Positions 1 through 10,104 of a stretch of 64,000 nucleotides of DNA are shown piece after piece (positions within the stretch are counted from its first letter, which is position 1; the number at the start of each line of letters is the position of its first letter). Position numbers and translations under genes: made by a program. This DNA comes from a virus (taxonomy: Duplodnaviria > Heunggongvirae > Uroviricota > Caudoviricetes): IMG/VR virus record IMGVR_UViG_3300032213_002044, positions 770-64,769 of that record. The stretch is one strand, 5' to 3'. Under the pieces are notes generated by a model that was given only the letters and a program-made list of their open reading frames with translations, made no database searches and was not told the origin of the DNA.

Positions 1-722
1 CAGTAAAAGGTAAAGAGATGTTAGATAAGTTAAATACGCATTTTGGATTGATACCTGGCTACACTTACTTATTTGAAATCATTTTTCCTGAAAACCGAAT
101 CGTTGTAGATTATGGAGGAGCTGAGAAATTAGTTGTATTGGGATGCTACAATAACGAAACCGGTGAGGAAGGTAATATCGATGAAATGGTTAATGAAGGG
201 TTTGAGGTAGTTACTAAGTACAATACATTCGGTGAAGGCTTTGATGAGCTGAAAAGAGAAATATCTAATTCAAAGGAAGGATATGTTATTCGTTTCAGAA
301 ATGGAATGAGAATGAAAATCAAAGGTGATGAGTATGTAAGATTGCACCGTATCCTTACTAACTTTTCAACTACTGATATTTGGGAGTTGTTAAGAAGTGG
401 GGGTGATATGAATGAATTCTTAGAGAGAGTACCTGATGAATTTGATAAGTGGGTTAAGGAAATCATTAGAGATTTGAAGTATGCTCATTTCCAAATATGT
501 GAAAGAGCTGGTAAGTTGCACGATGGATTCAGATATGGAAAGTATGGTGATGTATATCCAGAGCCAACTAAGAAAGAGTTTGCTGAATTTGTTATGAAAC
601 AAACTGAAGCATTAAGACCTATTATGTTCTCAATGTGGGATAAAAAACCATACGATGACATTGTGTGGAAACTTATTAAACCAAAATGGAGTAAACCTTT
701 CAAAAAAGATTTGGATAATTAA
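1..722 (+). CDS. ATP-dependent RNA ligase (T4 Rnl2-like), C-terminal portion. The gene start lies upstream of the window: the listed Met is at 18 but the frame is open to position 3.
   Basis: EGYVIRFRNGMRMKIK matches covalent nucleotidyltransferase motifs IV (EGYV) and V (K-x-K), cf. T4 Rnl2 EGYVLK...AIKCK. No in-frame stop between the window edge and 18. Confidence 0.5.
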   Translation, partial: VKGKEMLDKLNTHFGLIPGYTYLFEIIFPENRIVVDYGGAEKLVVLGCYNNETGEEGNIDEMVNEGFEVVTKYNTFGEGFDELKREISNSKEGYVIRFRNGMRMKIKGDEYVRLHRILTNFSTTDIWELLRSGGDMNEFLERVPDEFDKWVKEIIRDLKYAHFQICERAGKLHDGFRYGKYGDVYPEPTKKEFAEFVMKQTEALRPIMFSMWDKKPYDDIVWKLIKPKWSKPFKKDLDN

Positions 723-741
723 AAAACTTTTCGTATCTTTG
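710..741 (+). promoter_or_regulatory. Bacteroidetes-type sigma-A promoter (TTTG-N20-TATCTTTG) upstream of groES
   Basis: TTTG at 710-713 and TAtcTTTG at 734-741. The same TTTCGTATCTTT motif recurs before many genes in the window. Confidence 0.5.
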
Positions 742-748
742 TATAACT

Positions 749-791
749 ATACTGACAATCTGTCATCATAGATACGATGGTATGGTAATTG
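749..791 (+). promoter_or_regulatory. Conserved leader element ATACTGACAAT-N18-TGGTATGGTAATTG, copy 1 of 2, upstream of groES
   Basis: Identical motifs with identical spacing recur at 61847-61889 upstream of the hsp20 gene. Confidence 0.5.
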
Positions 792-825
792 AATATAATA
801 GATTAAACAAAAACAAATAAAAATT

Positions 826-1101
826 ATGAGCGTAAACGTAACACCTTTGCACGACAGAGTTATCGTGAAACCAGCAGAGAAAGCTGAAAAAACTGCAGGT
901 GGAATTATCATTCCTGATACTGCACAAGACAAACCACAACAAGGAGAAGTAGTAGCCGTTGGTAGCGGAAGAAAAGATGAACCATTGACTGTTAAAGTTG
1001 GTGATGTAGTTCTATTCGGAAAATACGGAGGTACTGAAATCGAATTAGATGGTGATAAATTTCTTTTATTAAAAGAAAGTGATATTTTTGCAATTATTTA
1101 A
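826..1101 (+). CDS. groES: Co-chaperonin GroES (Hsp10)
   Basis: 91 aa; ...[20 protein letters not shown]...[14 protein letters not shown] is the canonical GroES fold; sits immediately upstream of groEL. Confidence 0.95.
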   Translation: MSVNVTPLHDRVIVKPAEKAEKTAGGIIIPDTAQDKPQQGEVVAVGSGRKDEPLTVKVGDVVLFGKYGGTEIELDGDKFLLLKESDIFAII

Positions 1102-1106
1102 ACTAA

Positions 1107-2759
<1,653 letters not shown>

Positions 2760-2768
2760 TAAGTTAAG

Positions 2769-2800
2769 ACCCTCAACCTAAAAATTGAGGGTTTTTTATT
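2769..2800 (+). terminator. Rho-independent terminator after groEL
   Basis: ACCCTCAA...TTGAGGGT hairpin followed by TTTTTT. Confidence 0.7.
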
Positions 2801-2827
2801 TGGAAATGTGGGTATAATTTCGTATAT

Positions 2828-3193
2828 TTGTATATGGAATTTAATTCAGACTTCAGATATGATTTAGAGTTTGGTGTTGTGGAAGGCGAGAGCTGGTTTC
2901 ACAATATAGTTACTAATTCTAAGGTTGAGGTTAAAACAGATAGATTAACCGAACAGACAGGTAATGTCTATATTGAGTATGAGAGTAGAGGTAAGAAATC
3001 AGGCATACGAACATCGGAAGCAGATTATTGGGTGTATAAGGTAAGTGAACACCGTGCAATTATCATAGCGAAAGATGAACTTAAACGGAAGCTAAAAGAA
3101 TTAGTTAGAAGTGGTAAGGCTAGAATGGGAGTTAAAGGTGGAGATAACAATACCTCATTGGGTATATTAGTAAACGTAAAAGAATTAATATGA
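2828..3193 (+). CDS. Hypothetical protein; possible PD-(D/E)xK-like nuclease fold (weak)
   Basis: 121-aa ORF; D...EVK / EYESRGKK pattern; overlaps the next gene by 4 nt (operon-like). Confidence 0.45.
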   Translation: MYMEFNSDFRYDLEFGVVEGESWFHNIVTNSKVEVKTDRLTEQTGNVYIEYESRGKKSGIRTSEADYWVYKVSEHRAIIIAKDELKRKLKELVRSGKARMGVKGGDNNTSLGILVNVKELI

Positions 3194-4083
3194 ATTTAGG
3201 ATATGCATGTATTAATATGAGTATGGGTAAGAAAGTAACTACTAACCGAGCAATGGTTAAACGTACTTTCGAATCAAAGGGGTTAGATTATGTATCAGAA
3301 CTTGCTCTATTAAACGCTAAAGATATCATTAAGATATTAGAGTGGAATAGAATGAATGGTATATCTTTGTTTAGATTATCATCTACTATTGTTCCGTGGG
3401 GAGACCATATTGATTTGACTCAATTGAAAGATTACAAAGAGATTAAGAGTGAGTTAAAGAAAGCAGGTGATTTCGCTAAGTTTTGGAATATGAGGGTTAA
3501 CTCACATCCTGGTCCATTTGTTGTATTAACTTCTCCGAATGAGGAAGTGGTTAAAAACGCAATTGCTGATTTAGAATTGCATGGTAAGATATTCGATATG
3601 ATGGGGTTATCTAAGACACGATTTAACAATATCAATATCCATTGTAATGGTGTGTATGGAGATAAACAATCTGCGATGGATAGATTTATCAAAAACTTTA
3701 AAAGACTATCGCCATCGGTAAGCAAACGATTGACGGTAGAGAATGATGATAAGGCATCTATGTATTCGGTTAAAGACCTTATGTATATCCATCAGAATAC
3801 TGGCATTCCAATTGTATTTGATTATCATCACCACCAATTTTGTACCGGTGATTTATCCGAAGAGCAAGCACTTAAGTTAGCAGCTACAACATGGCCTGAG
3901 GGGATAAAGCAAGAAGTTCATTATTCAGAAAGTAAAGCATTACATGAAAACAACCCAAAAGAAAAACCACAAGCACATTCCTATCTTATTAATGCCCTCC
4001 CCAATACATACGAATTGGATTTGGACATTATGGTTGAAGCAAAAGGAAAGGAGTTAGCAATATTACCATTTATAAACAAATAG
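3190..4083 (+). CDS. uvsE: UV DNA damage endonuclease (UvdE/UvsE family, TIM-barrel)
   Basis: MNLGYACIN N-terminus, LFRLSSTIVPW, TVENDDK, IVFDYHHH, IMVEAKGKE all co-linear with B. subtilis UvsE / S. pombe UVDE motifs. Confidence 0.85.
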   Translation: MNLGYACINMSMGKKVTTNRAMVKRTFESKGLDYVSELALLNAKDIIKILEWNRMNGISLFRLSSTIVPWGDHIDLTQLKDYKEIKSELKKAGDFAKFWNMRVNSHPGPFVVLTSPNEEVVKNAIADLELHGKIFDMMGLSKTRFNNINIHCNGVYGDKQSAMDRFIKNFKRLSPSVSKRLTVENDDKASMYSVKDLMYIHQNTGIPIVFDYHHHQFCTGDLSEEQALKLAATTWPEGIKQEVHYSESKALHENNPKEKPQAHSYLINALPNTYELDLDIMVEAKGKELAILPFINK

Positions 4084-4086
4084 AAT

Positions 4087-4248
4087 ATGAAAAAGGAAAA
4101 AACTAAAAGCCGAATTACATTTAACGAATGGGCTAAAGAATTAAAAGTATCTACTATGTGGGATGATACTAAGATTGAAAATAGAAATTTTATTGAAAGG
4201 TTGACGGTTGCAAGAGAATATTATTTTTCATCACCAACTAAAGGATAG
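4087..4248 (+). CDS. Small hypothetical protein (53 aa)
   Basis: Unlisted short ORF MKKEKTKSRITFNEW... filling the 4084-4251 gap. Confidence 0.25.
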   Translation: MKKEKTKSRITFNEWAKELKVSTMWDDTKIENRNFIERLTVAREYYFSSPTKG

Positions 4249-4251
4249 TAA

Positions 4252-4464
4252 ATGACTAAAATCGATTACGCTAAAATCTATCAGAAACAAATGTTAGAGA
4301 TGGCTTCTGAATCAAAGGAAACATTGACAGTTCGTAAAGAGATTATAATAGATACGAATATAACAGATTCTCAATTGGGTAGTATAATCCGAAAGATGTA
4401 TAGAGCAAAGTGTGAAGCGGCTGATGAGCATATAAAAAATATAAACAGAACAAATGCAGACTGA
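4252..4464 (+). CDS. Hypothetical protein
   Basis: 70-aa ORF, same strand, tightly packed. Confidence 0.4.
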   Translation: MTKIDYAKIYQKQMLEMASESKETLTVRKEIIIDTNITDSQLGSIIRKMYRAKCEAADEHIKNINRTNAD

Positions 4465-4723
4465 TTTAAAAGATAAGGTAGAAAGTAAAGAAAAAGAAAC
4501 TGATATCTCTGTATTAGTATTATACAATGATGATGTTAATTCATTTGAGCATGTGATAGCATGTTTAGTTGGAATATGTGGTCATTCATCTCATCAGGCA
4601 GAACAATGTGCAATGATAGTACATAATAGTGGTAAGTGTAAAGTGAAGAGTGGAGGATTAGAAGAGATGATTAAAATGGCGGAAAGGTTAATAGATAATG
4701 AGTTAACCGTTGAAGTAGTATAA
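4454..4723 (+). CDS. clpS: ATP-dependent Clp protease adaptor ClpS
   Basis: VLVLYNDDVNSFEHVIACL...AEQCAMIVHNSGKCKV aligns to the ClpS core (ILVNDDYTPMEFVIDVL...ATQLMLAVHYQGKAICG). Confidence 0.8.
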   Translation: MQTDLKDKVESKEKETDISVLVLYNDDVNSFEHVIACLVGICGHSSHQAEQCAMIVHNSGKCKVKSGGLEEMIKMAERLIDNELTVEVV

Positions 4724-4739
4724 AATAAAAAACAATAAT

Positions 4740-5177
4740 ATGGCAACAAAAGTAAAAATAGACACCGCAAAAGGTGTAATGATTGCAGAGTTATATGATA
4801 ACGAAACTCCAATCACCGTTAATAACTTTACAAAATTAATTGGAGAGGGATTCTATGATGGATTAAATTTCCATAGAGTTCTACCTAACTTTGTAATTCA
4901 GGGTGGATGTCCAAACAAAAATGGAACAGGGGGTCCTGGTTATACAATTCAATGTGAAGTATCAGCACCTAATCAGTTTCATGATAGAGGTGTGTTGAGT
5001 ATGGCACACGCCGGTCGTAACACCGGTGGTTCACAATTCTTTATTTGCCATAGTAGACAGGGTACATCACACTTAGATGGTAATCACACCTGCTTCGGTA
5101 AAGTTATCGAAGGGTTGGATGTGATTGATGCTATCCGTCCAATGGATACAATCAATTCAATTTCAATTGTAAAATAA
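4740..5177 (+). CDS. Peptidyl-prolyl cis-trans isomerase, cyclophilin type
   Basis: FHRVLPNFVIQGG...GTGGPGY...LSMAHAGRNTGGSQFFI...FGKVIEG cyclophilin signature blocks. Confidence 0.9.
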   Translation: MATKVKIDTAKGVMIAELYDNETPITVNNFTKLIGEGFYDGLNFHRVLPNFVIQGGCPNKNGTGGPGYTIQCEVSAPNQFHDRGVLSMAHAGRNTGGSQFFICHSRQGTSHLDGNHTCFGKVIEGLDVIDAIRPMDTINSISIVK

Positions 5178-5187
5178 AAATAATAAT

Positions 5188-5454
5188 ATGGAAGAGCAAC
5201 AAAAATGGTTTATACCACAAGAATTATCACAAGACGATGCATTAGGAGTAGTTAAACAAATTGAAGCCTATATAGAGGCACATCCTGATGAAGCAGACGA
5301 TTATTGGTTGGTAGATTATAATGATGAGGATATATTTGCTAAATCATTTCCGAAAGAGGAAGTAGATAAGGCAGCCGCACAATATCAAATTCCAGTTTTT
5401 GAGGTAATGATGGATATAATGAGACATCAAAACTCTACACCACCTACAGAATAA
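5188..5454 (+). CDS. Hypothetical protein
   Basis: 88-aa ORF. Confidence 0.45.
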   Translation: MEEQQKWFIPQELSQDDALGVVKQIEAYIEAHPDEADDYWLVDYNDEDIFAKSFPKEEVDKAAAQYQIPVFEVMMDIMRHQNSTPPTE

Positions 5455-5711
5455 TGAATAAATTTAACTATTGTGTTGGTAGAAAATATGGGCAAGGGTT
5501 TTCTTCTTTCTCTGTTAATAATAGAAAATGGGGAAGAGCTAATACGTCCACTATACCATTCACTGCTCAGTTAAATGAAATACAATATGGGACGATAGAG
5601 GATGCTGAAAAGTTTAAACAATATTGTGAAAGGCAGACTGGTAGGAAGTACGAAATTTATAAAATAGAAAAACTAAAAAAACAAAAAATAAAATCAAATG
5701 GAAATCAATAA
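5454..5711 (+). CDS. Hypothetical protein
   Basis: 85-aa ORF; stop/start overlap with the neighbour. Confidence 0.45.
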   Translation: MNKFNYCVGRKYGQGFSSFSVNNRKWGRANTSTIPFTAQLNEIQYGTIEDAEKFKQYCERQTGRKYEIYKIEKLKKQKIKSNGNQ

Positions 5712-5949
5712 AGCAGAATTAATTGAATTGTTAGTAGCCGGACCTGTAAGTGTAACATTCACAAAGGCGGATGGCACAGATAGAGTAATGAAATGTACTA
5801 AGTGGATGGATTTAATTCCTGAAGAGAATCACCCTAAGACAGAATCAGCAGGTGGTAATACATCCGATAACATCACCGTATTCGATTTGGAGAAAGGTGG
5901 ATGGAGAAGCTTTAATATCACAAAGGTAAAAGAGTATTCAGTAGTATAG
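5698..5949 (+). CDS. Hypothetical protein
   Basis: 83-aa ORF. Confidence 0.45.
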   Translation: MEINKAELIELLVAGPVSVTFTKADGTDRVMKCTKWMDLIPEENHPKTESAGGNTSDNITVFDLEKGGWRSFNITKVKEYSVV

Positions 5950-5950
5950 T

Positions 5951-6310
5951 ATGAACTTCAGAACACGCAAACTAATTAAGTACGAAGACCTTAATGCGAG
6001 GGGAACTCTATTCGGCGGACAGGTATTGAAATGGATTGATGAGGAAGCTGCAATCTTTTGTATATGCCAGTTGAGTACCCGAAGTATAGTTACTAAAGCA
6101 ATGAGTGAGGTGAACTTCATATCCTCTGCTAAGTTGGGTGATATTATAGAGATGGGATGTGAGTTAGTACAATTTGGTAATACATCAGTAACGATAGCGT
6201 GTGAAGTAAGAAATAAGGATACAAAGAAAACCATTATCAGAATAGATAAGATAGTATTCGTAGCGGTTGATGAAAATGGAAAACCGACACAACACGGAAT
6301 AATTAAATAA
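5951..6310 (+). CDS. Acyl-CoA thioesterase, hotdog fold (YciA-like)
   Basis: DLNARGTLFGGQVLKWIDEEAAI...VTKAMSEVNF...FVAVDENGKP matches the YciA acyl-CoA thioester hydrolase pattern. Confidence 0.75.
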   Translation: MNFRTRKLIKYEDLNARGTLFGGQVLKWIDEEAAIFCICQLSTRSIVTKAMSEVNFISSAKLGDIIEMGCELVQFGNTSVTIACEVRNKDTKKTIIRIDKIVFVAVDENGKPTQHGIIK

Positions 6311-6316
6311 AACAAT

Positions 6317-6718
6317 ATGACATCAAAAGAATTTGTCCTTTGGTTAAAAGGATTTACAGACGGAGTACATGAATTTAACATTACTCCAAAGCAATGGGAT
6401 ACCCTAAAAGACAAGTTGGCAGAGGTTAAAGATGAAGAACCAATAGGATTTCCATTTGGAGTTCCGAATACTGCACCAAATACACACCCGTTCCCTACTT
6501 GGCAACATCCACATTATGTAGACCCGTATAATCCATATAAAATAACTTGTACACCTGATACAAACGGAACAACGATTACAACAACACCAGGTGTTGGTTC
6601 TATAACAATAGCTAATCCACCATTTGGATTTGGAAGTACATCAACTACATATGGATATCCAAGTGGTAGTGCGTGGAGTTATACAAATGGCGGAAAGGAA
6701 AAAGAAAAGAGTGAATAG
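6317..6718 (+). CDS. Hypothetical protein with Pro/Thr/Gly-rich C-terminal half
   Basis: 133-aa ORF; low-complexity TTITTTPGVGSITIANPPFGFGST. Confidence 0.45.
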   Translation: MTSKEFVLWLKGFTDGVHEFNITPKQWDTLKDKLAEVKDEEPIGFPFGVPNTAPNTHPFPTWQHPHYVDPYNPYKITCTPDTNGTTITTTPGVGSITIANPPFGFGSTSTTYGYPSGSAWSYTNGGKEKEKSE

Positions 6719-6795
6719 AGAGCAAGAATTAATTAAAACATTTCCATTAGAAGATGGAACTACTTATATTCAATCGTTGGATAAACATTTAATGT

Positions 6796-7503
6796 GTGAG
6801 TAAAGTAATATACATACCTGAGTTAAGAAAGAATTTAATATTTTTTGAGAAGTCAGGGAGTTCCCTAATGGCAGGATTCTTTAAGAGTATATTAGATTGG
6901 AAGGGGATACCAGTTGTGGGTAATAGACACGAAGGTGAAACCCTTTTATTCGTAAGAAACCCAATGGAGAGATTGGTTAGTATATTCTACCACTTAGGTA
7001 TAGTAAGGGATATGGAAATACCATTTGCGGACAAGATAGCGGCATTAGATAAATTCTTAGATGGGTATAAGGATAAGTGTGCTAAATCAAATAACTCACA
7101 TCTACAACCGCAGAGTTGGGATTTGGATAGGGTAGGTAATGAAAAGATATATAAGGTAGAGGATATAAGAGCGGGATGGGATAGATTAGTAGATAGGTAC
7201 AGAGCTTCATCTAACATATCCTTCAGTACTACAAATCCTTTTTTCACTGCGGAAGAGTATATAAAGGATTTTGGTATATTAGAAGATATAGGAATATCAA
7301 TGGAGGATAATGATAGAATGTATTCGGTTACACTATATGGATTCATTCTTAATAAGTTAAACGAAGGTCATCACCATAACGAAGCACATCTAATGTTACA
7401 TAATTTATATGAGCAGGGGCATAGGGATATAATCGGAAAACTAAGAGAGATAACAAAGGAAGATATGGATACCTTTGGATATACTAACAAAGAATTGATA
7501 TAG
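6796..7503 (+). CDS. Sulfotransferase-like protein (GTG start; alternative ATG at 6868)
   Basis: FEKSGSS (5'-PSB-like) and VRNPMERLVSIFYH (3'-PB-like RNPxxRxxSxY) motifs. Confidence 0.4.
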   Translation: MSKVIYIPELRKNLIFFEKSGSSLMAGFFKSILDWKGIPVVGNRHEGETLLFVRNPMERLVSIFYHLGIVRDMEIPFADKIAALDKFLDGYKDKCAKSNNSHLQPQSWDLDRVGNEKIYKVEDIRAGWDRLVDRYRASSNISFSTTNPFFTAEEYIKDFGILEDIGISMEDNDRMYSVTLYGFILNKLNEGHHHNEAHLMLHNLYEQGHRDIIGKLREITKEDMDTFGYTNKELI

Positions 7504-7504
7504 T

Positions 7505-8143
7505 ATGATTTGTTTTTGTGGAGATTCATACATAGAAGACCATAAGATACTCAATACATCGATTCCATTAAGAAACCAATGGCATAGGATATTAGCTAGA
7601 AAACTATACGGTGATGAGTATCATTCTAAGTACCATAATTTCGGTGAGGGTGCGACGAGTATAGATAACCTAATAGAGGAACAACTGATAAAAGAAATTC
7701 TACCAATGTATCCTACGAACCCACCTGAGTATCTTATACTGAGTATAACATACAATGAGAGGTTCTCTATATCAGATGGTATAATGTGGTATCCTAATAT
7801 GATAGAGAGTGGGATGACGGATATAATGCGGGAGGTAATTGAATTCCGATTGAAATATGATAAGCAGATAATGGAGAGTAGAAGTGGGGTAATAAAACAT
7901 CTGCTGACACACTTTGAGAAATTCGGTACTAAAATCTATATGTTTAACGTAGATAAGGATAGAGAGGTATATGGGGATAAGAGATGGTATTTTAAGAGAA
8001 AGAATATACAATCCTATATTGATATCCATAATAACAATGAGAAAGGGTTAGAAGGTCATTACTCTAATCACCTAACCGAACGAAACAATAGTATAGTAGC
8101 GGAGAGGTTATATAAAGAGATAGTAGGTAGTGATATAATATAA
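7505..8143 (+). CDS. SGNH/GDSL-like hydrolase (weak)
   Basis: N-terminal FCGDSYIED block-I-like GDS motif. Confidence 0.3.
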   Translation: MICFCGDSYIEDHKILNTSIPLRNQWHRILARKLYGDEYHSKYHNFGEGATSIDNLIEEQLIKEILPMYPTNPPEYLILSITYNERFSISDGIMWYPNMIESGMTDIMREVIEFRLKYDKQIMESRSGVIKHLLTHFEKFGTKIYMFNVDKDREVYGDKRWYFKRKNIQSYIDIHNNNEKGLEGHYSNHLTERNNSIVAERLYKEIVGSDII

Positions 8144-8150
8144 ATTTATA

Positions 8151-8420
8151 ATGATAATAGACATAGTAGGATACATTGGGACAGCATTAATACTTATATC
8201 GTTCACCATAGAGGATATGTTTAAACTAAGGGTAGTAAACTCTATAGGGTGTATAGTATGGATAGTATATGGTATAGGGATAGGAGCTAACCCTACGATA
8301 TTAGTAAATGCGTGTGTACTATGTATTCATACCTATTGGTTCATTAAGCATAGAAGAAAACCCAAACCTAAGAGTATAGATAAGGATGAGTATGGTTGGT
8401 ATCCGGATGAGGGTATATAA
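8151..8420 (+). CDS. Small membrane protein
   Basis: Two hydrophobic helices in 89 aa. Confidence 0.45.
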   Translation: MIIDIVGYIGTALILISFTIEDMFKLRVVNSIGCIVWIVYGIGIGANPTILVNACVLCIHTYWFIKHRRKPKPKSIDKDEYGWYPDEGI

Positions 8421-8434
8421 TAAAATAATAGAAT

Positions 8435-8623
8435 ATGCCATTAGTAACAAAGGAATTAATAGAAGCGGCTAAAACAAATAAGGGAGGTTGGAAAGCATCT
8501 CAATTAAAAGTAATAGGTGTACAATGGCCTCCTCAAAAGGGGTGGAAGAAAAAGGTGATTAAGGAATTGATAGTATTGAATGATAATCAACTAAAAGAGT
8601 TCCTTAATATAGAGGGTATATGA
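8435..8623 (+). CDS. Hypothetical protein
   Basis: 62-aa ORF. Confidence 0.35.
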   Translation: MPLVTKELIEAAKTNKGGWKASQLKVIGVQWPPQKGWKKKVIKELIVLNDNQLKEFLNIEGI

Positions 8624-8767
8624 TAACTAACCCAATAGAGAAATCGAAGGGGCGGGGGTTGGGGGTATATCGTTTCCCTTTGTCCTTTCGGCCGGAAAAA
8701 ATTTTGGAGATAAGATTTATTGATAGCTGCTTTCATTGAGTAGTATAATAATTAAAGATATGAGTAA

Positions 8768-9112
8768 ATGGGAAAGAAGAAACTTAGCACTATGGGTACT
8801 AATAACCCTAGCGGCTCTATTGGTAGCCATAGGAGGTTAACCATAGCTAATTGGGATAAGATAGCGGTGGGGGTAGATAGAGCTAACACTATGGAGGGAG
8901 AGAGTTTCTATGCCATACGGATAGGGAGTTTAGGAGCAGTTATAGTACATAGAGAGATTGATGATGAAGAGTGTGTTATAGTGGAGGTAAGTAACAATGA
9001 GGGGGATAAGAGTGAGAATGGTAAGGTGTGGATAGGGTCTCAAACATTAGAAAACCCCGCAGAGCTGTTGGATAGGTTTATGAACGTACTAACCGAAAGG
9101 GGATGGATATAG
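8768..9112 (+). CDS. Hypothetical protein
   Basis: 114-aa ORF. Confidence 0.45.
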   Translation: MGKKKLSTMGTNNPSGSIGSHRRLTIANWDKIAVGVDRANTMEGESFYAIRIGSLGAVIVHREIDDEECVIVEVSNNEGDKSENGKVWIGSQTLENPAELLDRFMNVLTERGWI

Positions 9113-9235
9113 AAGGGGATAACCCAAAACACCAACATTGCGGACACTAAAAAGAATTCAGTTACAGAGTATAGTATAAAAGCCAATAAGAATAACCATA
9201 ATACAGAAGATAGATTAAATACAGAGTATAAAGAT

Positions 9236-9300
9236 AAAAAGGATAGTATAGGTATAGATAGTACTGATAGTATAGATGATAGGGAGGATAGTATAGGGAG
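9236..9300. repeat. Iteron-like imperfect direct repeats GGATAGTATAG(G), about 4 copies, in a ~1 kb non-coding region
   Basis: ggatagtatagg / gatagtactgatagtatagatgatagg / ggatagtataggg read directly in the sequence. Confidence 0.35.
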
Positions 9301-9402
9301 TGGTGAGGGTCCGACAACCAATCCACCACCGCAACCCACAGCTCCCCAATTCTTTTTTTAACCACAATCGATATATATACGGAGGTTAAACAAACAACGG
9401 AT

Positions 9403-9555
9403 ATGGAGCAAGGATTAAGTTTTATAGTGGTGATATGGTTATGTGCACTCGCTATAGTATTACACAATGGGCCTCTCTTTTTAGGGGTATTTACAATAGG
9501 GTCTCTTTATCTTTTACTAAGGGGTAAGAGAAAGGGATGGAGATGGAATCGATAG
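9403..9555 (+). CDS. Small hydrophobic protein (50 aa), unlisted ORF
   Basis: MEQGLSFIVVIWLCALAIVLHNGPLFLGVFTIGSLYLLLRGKRKGWRWNR; lies inside an otherwise non-coding region; weak. Confidence 0.2.
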   Translation: MEQGLSFIVVIWLCALAIVLHNGPLFLGVFTIGSLYLLLRGKRKGWRWNR

Positions 9556-10032
9556 TATTTACACCATATCTAAAAGTGGAGTGTCAAAGCGAGTAAAGCG
9601 TGTAATATTCTGAATTATACACTTAAGTAGTTATTTCTTATCTCTATAACGAAGGTGAAAAGTGGGAGGAAGTGGGGAAAAGTGGATATAGATGTATATG
9701 TCTAACGACCAAATTTTTTTTACGTGTTAGGAGTGTACAAAGGTACGAATAAAAATCCATATGACAAAGCCTTAGACACAGAATTTTATTCTACATAATG
9801 GGGTATAAGTAGGAAAATATACTGCGACCCGTCGGGCTGAGAGGAATAAAATTCTGTTTACAATTGTATAAGGGTTTACATATGTGATTTAGAGAGACCT
9901 AAACTTTTTAGACAACCCTAAACAATATAAACAGAGTACAAAAAAATAAAAACGAAATCCTATACATCTGTTATATAATGCGCCTTATGTTAAATAGGAC
10001 TGAAGATTCAAAGAAAAGATTGTACTATAGGG

Positions 10033-10070
10033 GGAAATAAAAAACCCAGCCATAGAGATAGCCGGGTTAA
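10033..10070 (-). terminator. Rho-independent terminator for the minus-strand island
   Basis: On the minus strand: AACCCGGC-loop-GCTGGGTT then TTTTTTATTT, immediately downstream of the 10105 stop. Confidence 0.55.
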
Positions 10071-10104
10071 CGTATGAATCAAAAAAAATAAACAACAATA
10101 TCTT

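Noticed and set aside
146-703. Three minus-strand ORFs (146-466, 420-602, 485-703) overlapping the Rnl2-like gene
   Set aside because: Antisense to a motif-supported CDS, they overlap one another, and they have no independent signals.
9040-9467. Minus-strand ORFs 9040-9339 and 9162-9467 inside the repeat-rich non-coding region
   Set aside because: Their translations are low-complexity (poly L/S/Y) mirror images of the GATAGTATAG repeats and mutually overlap; more likely repeat DNA than genes.
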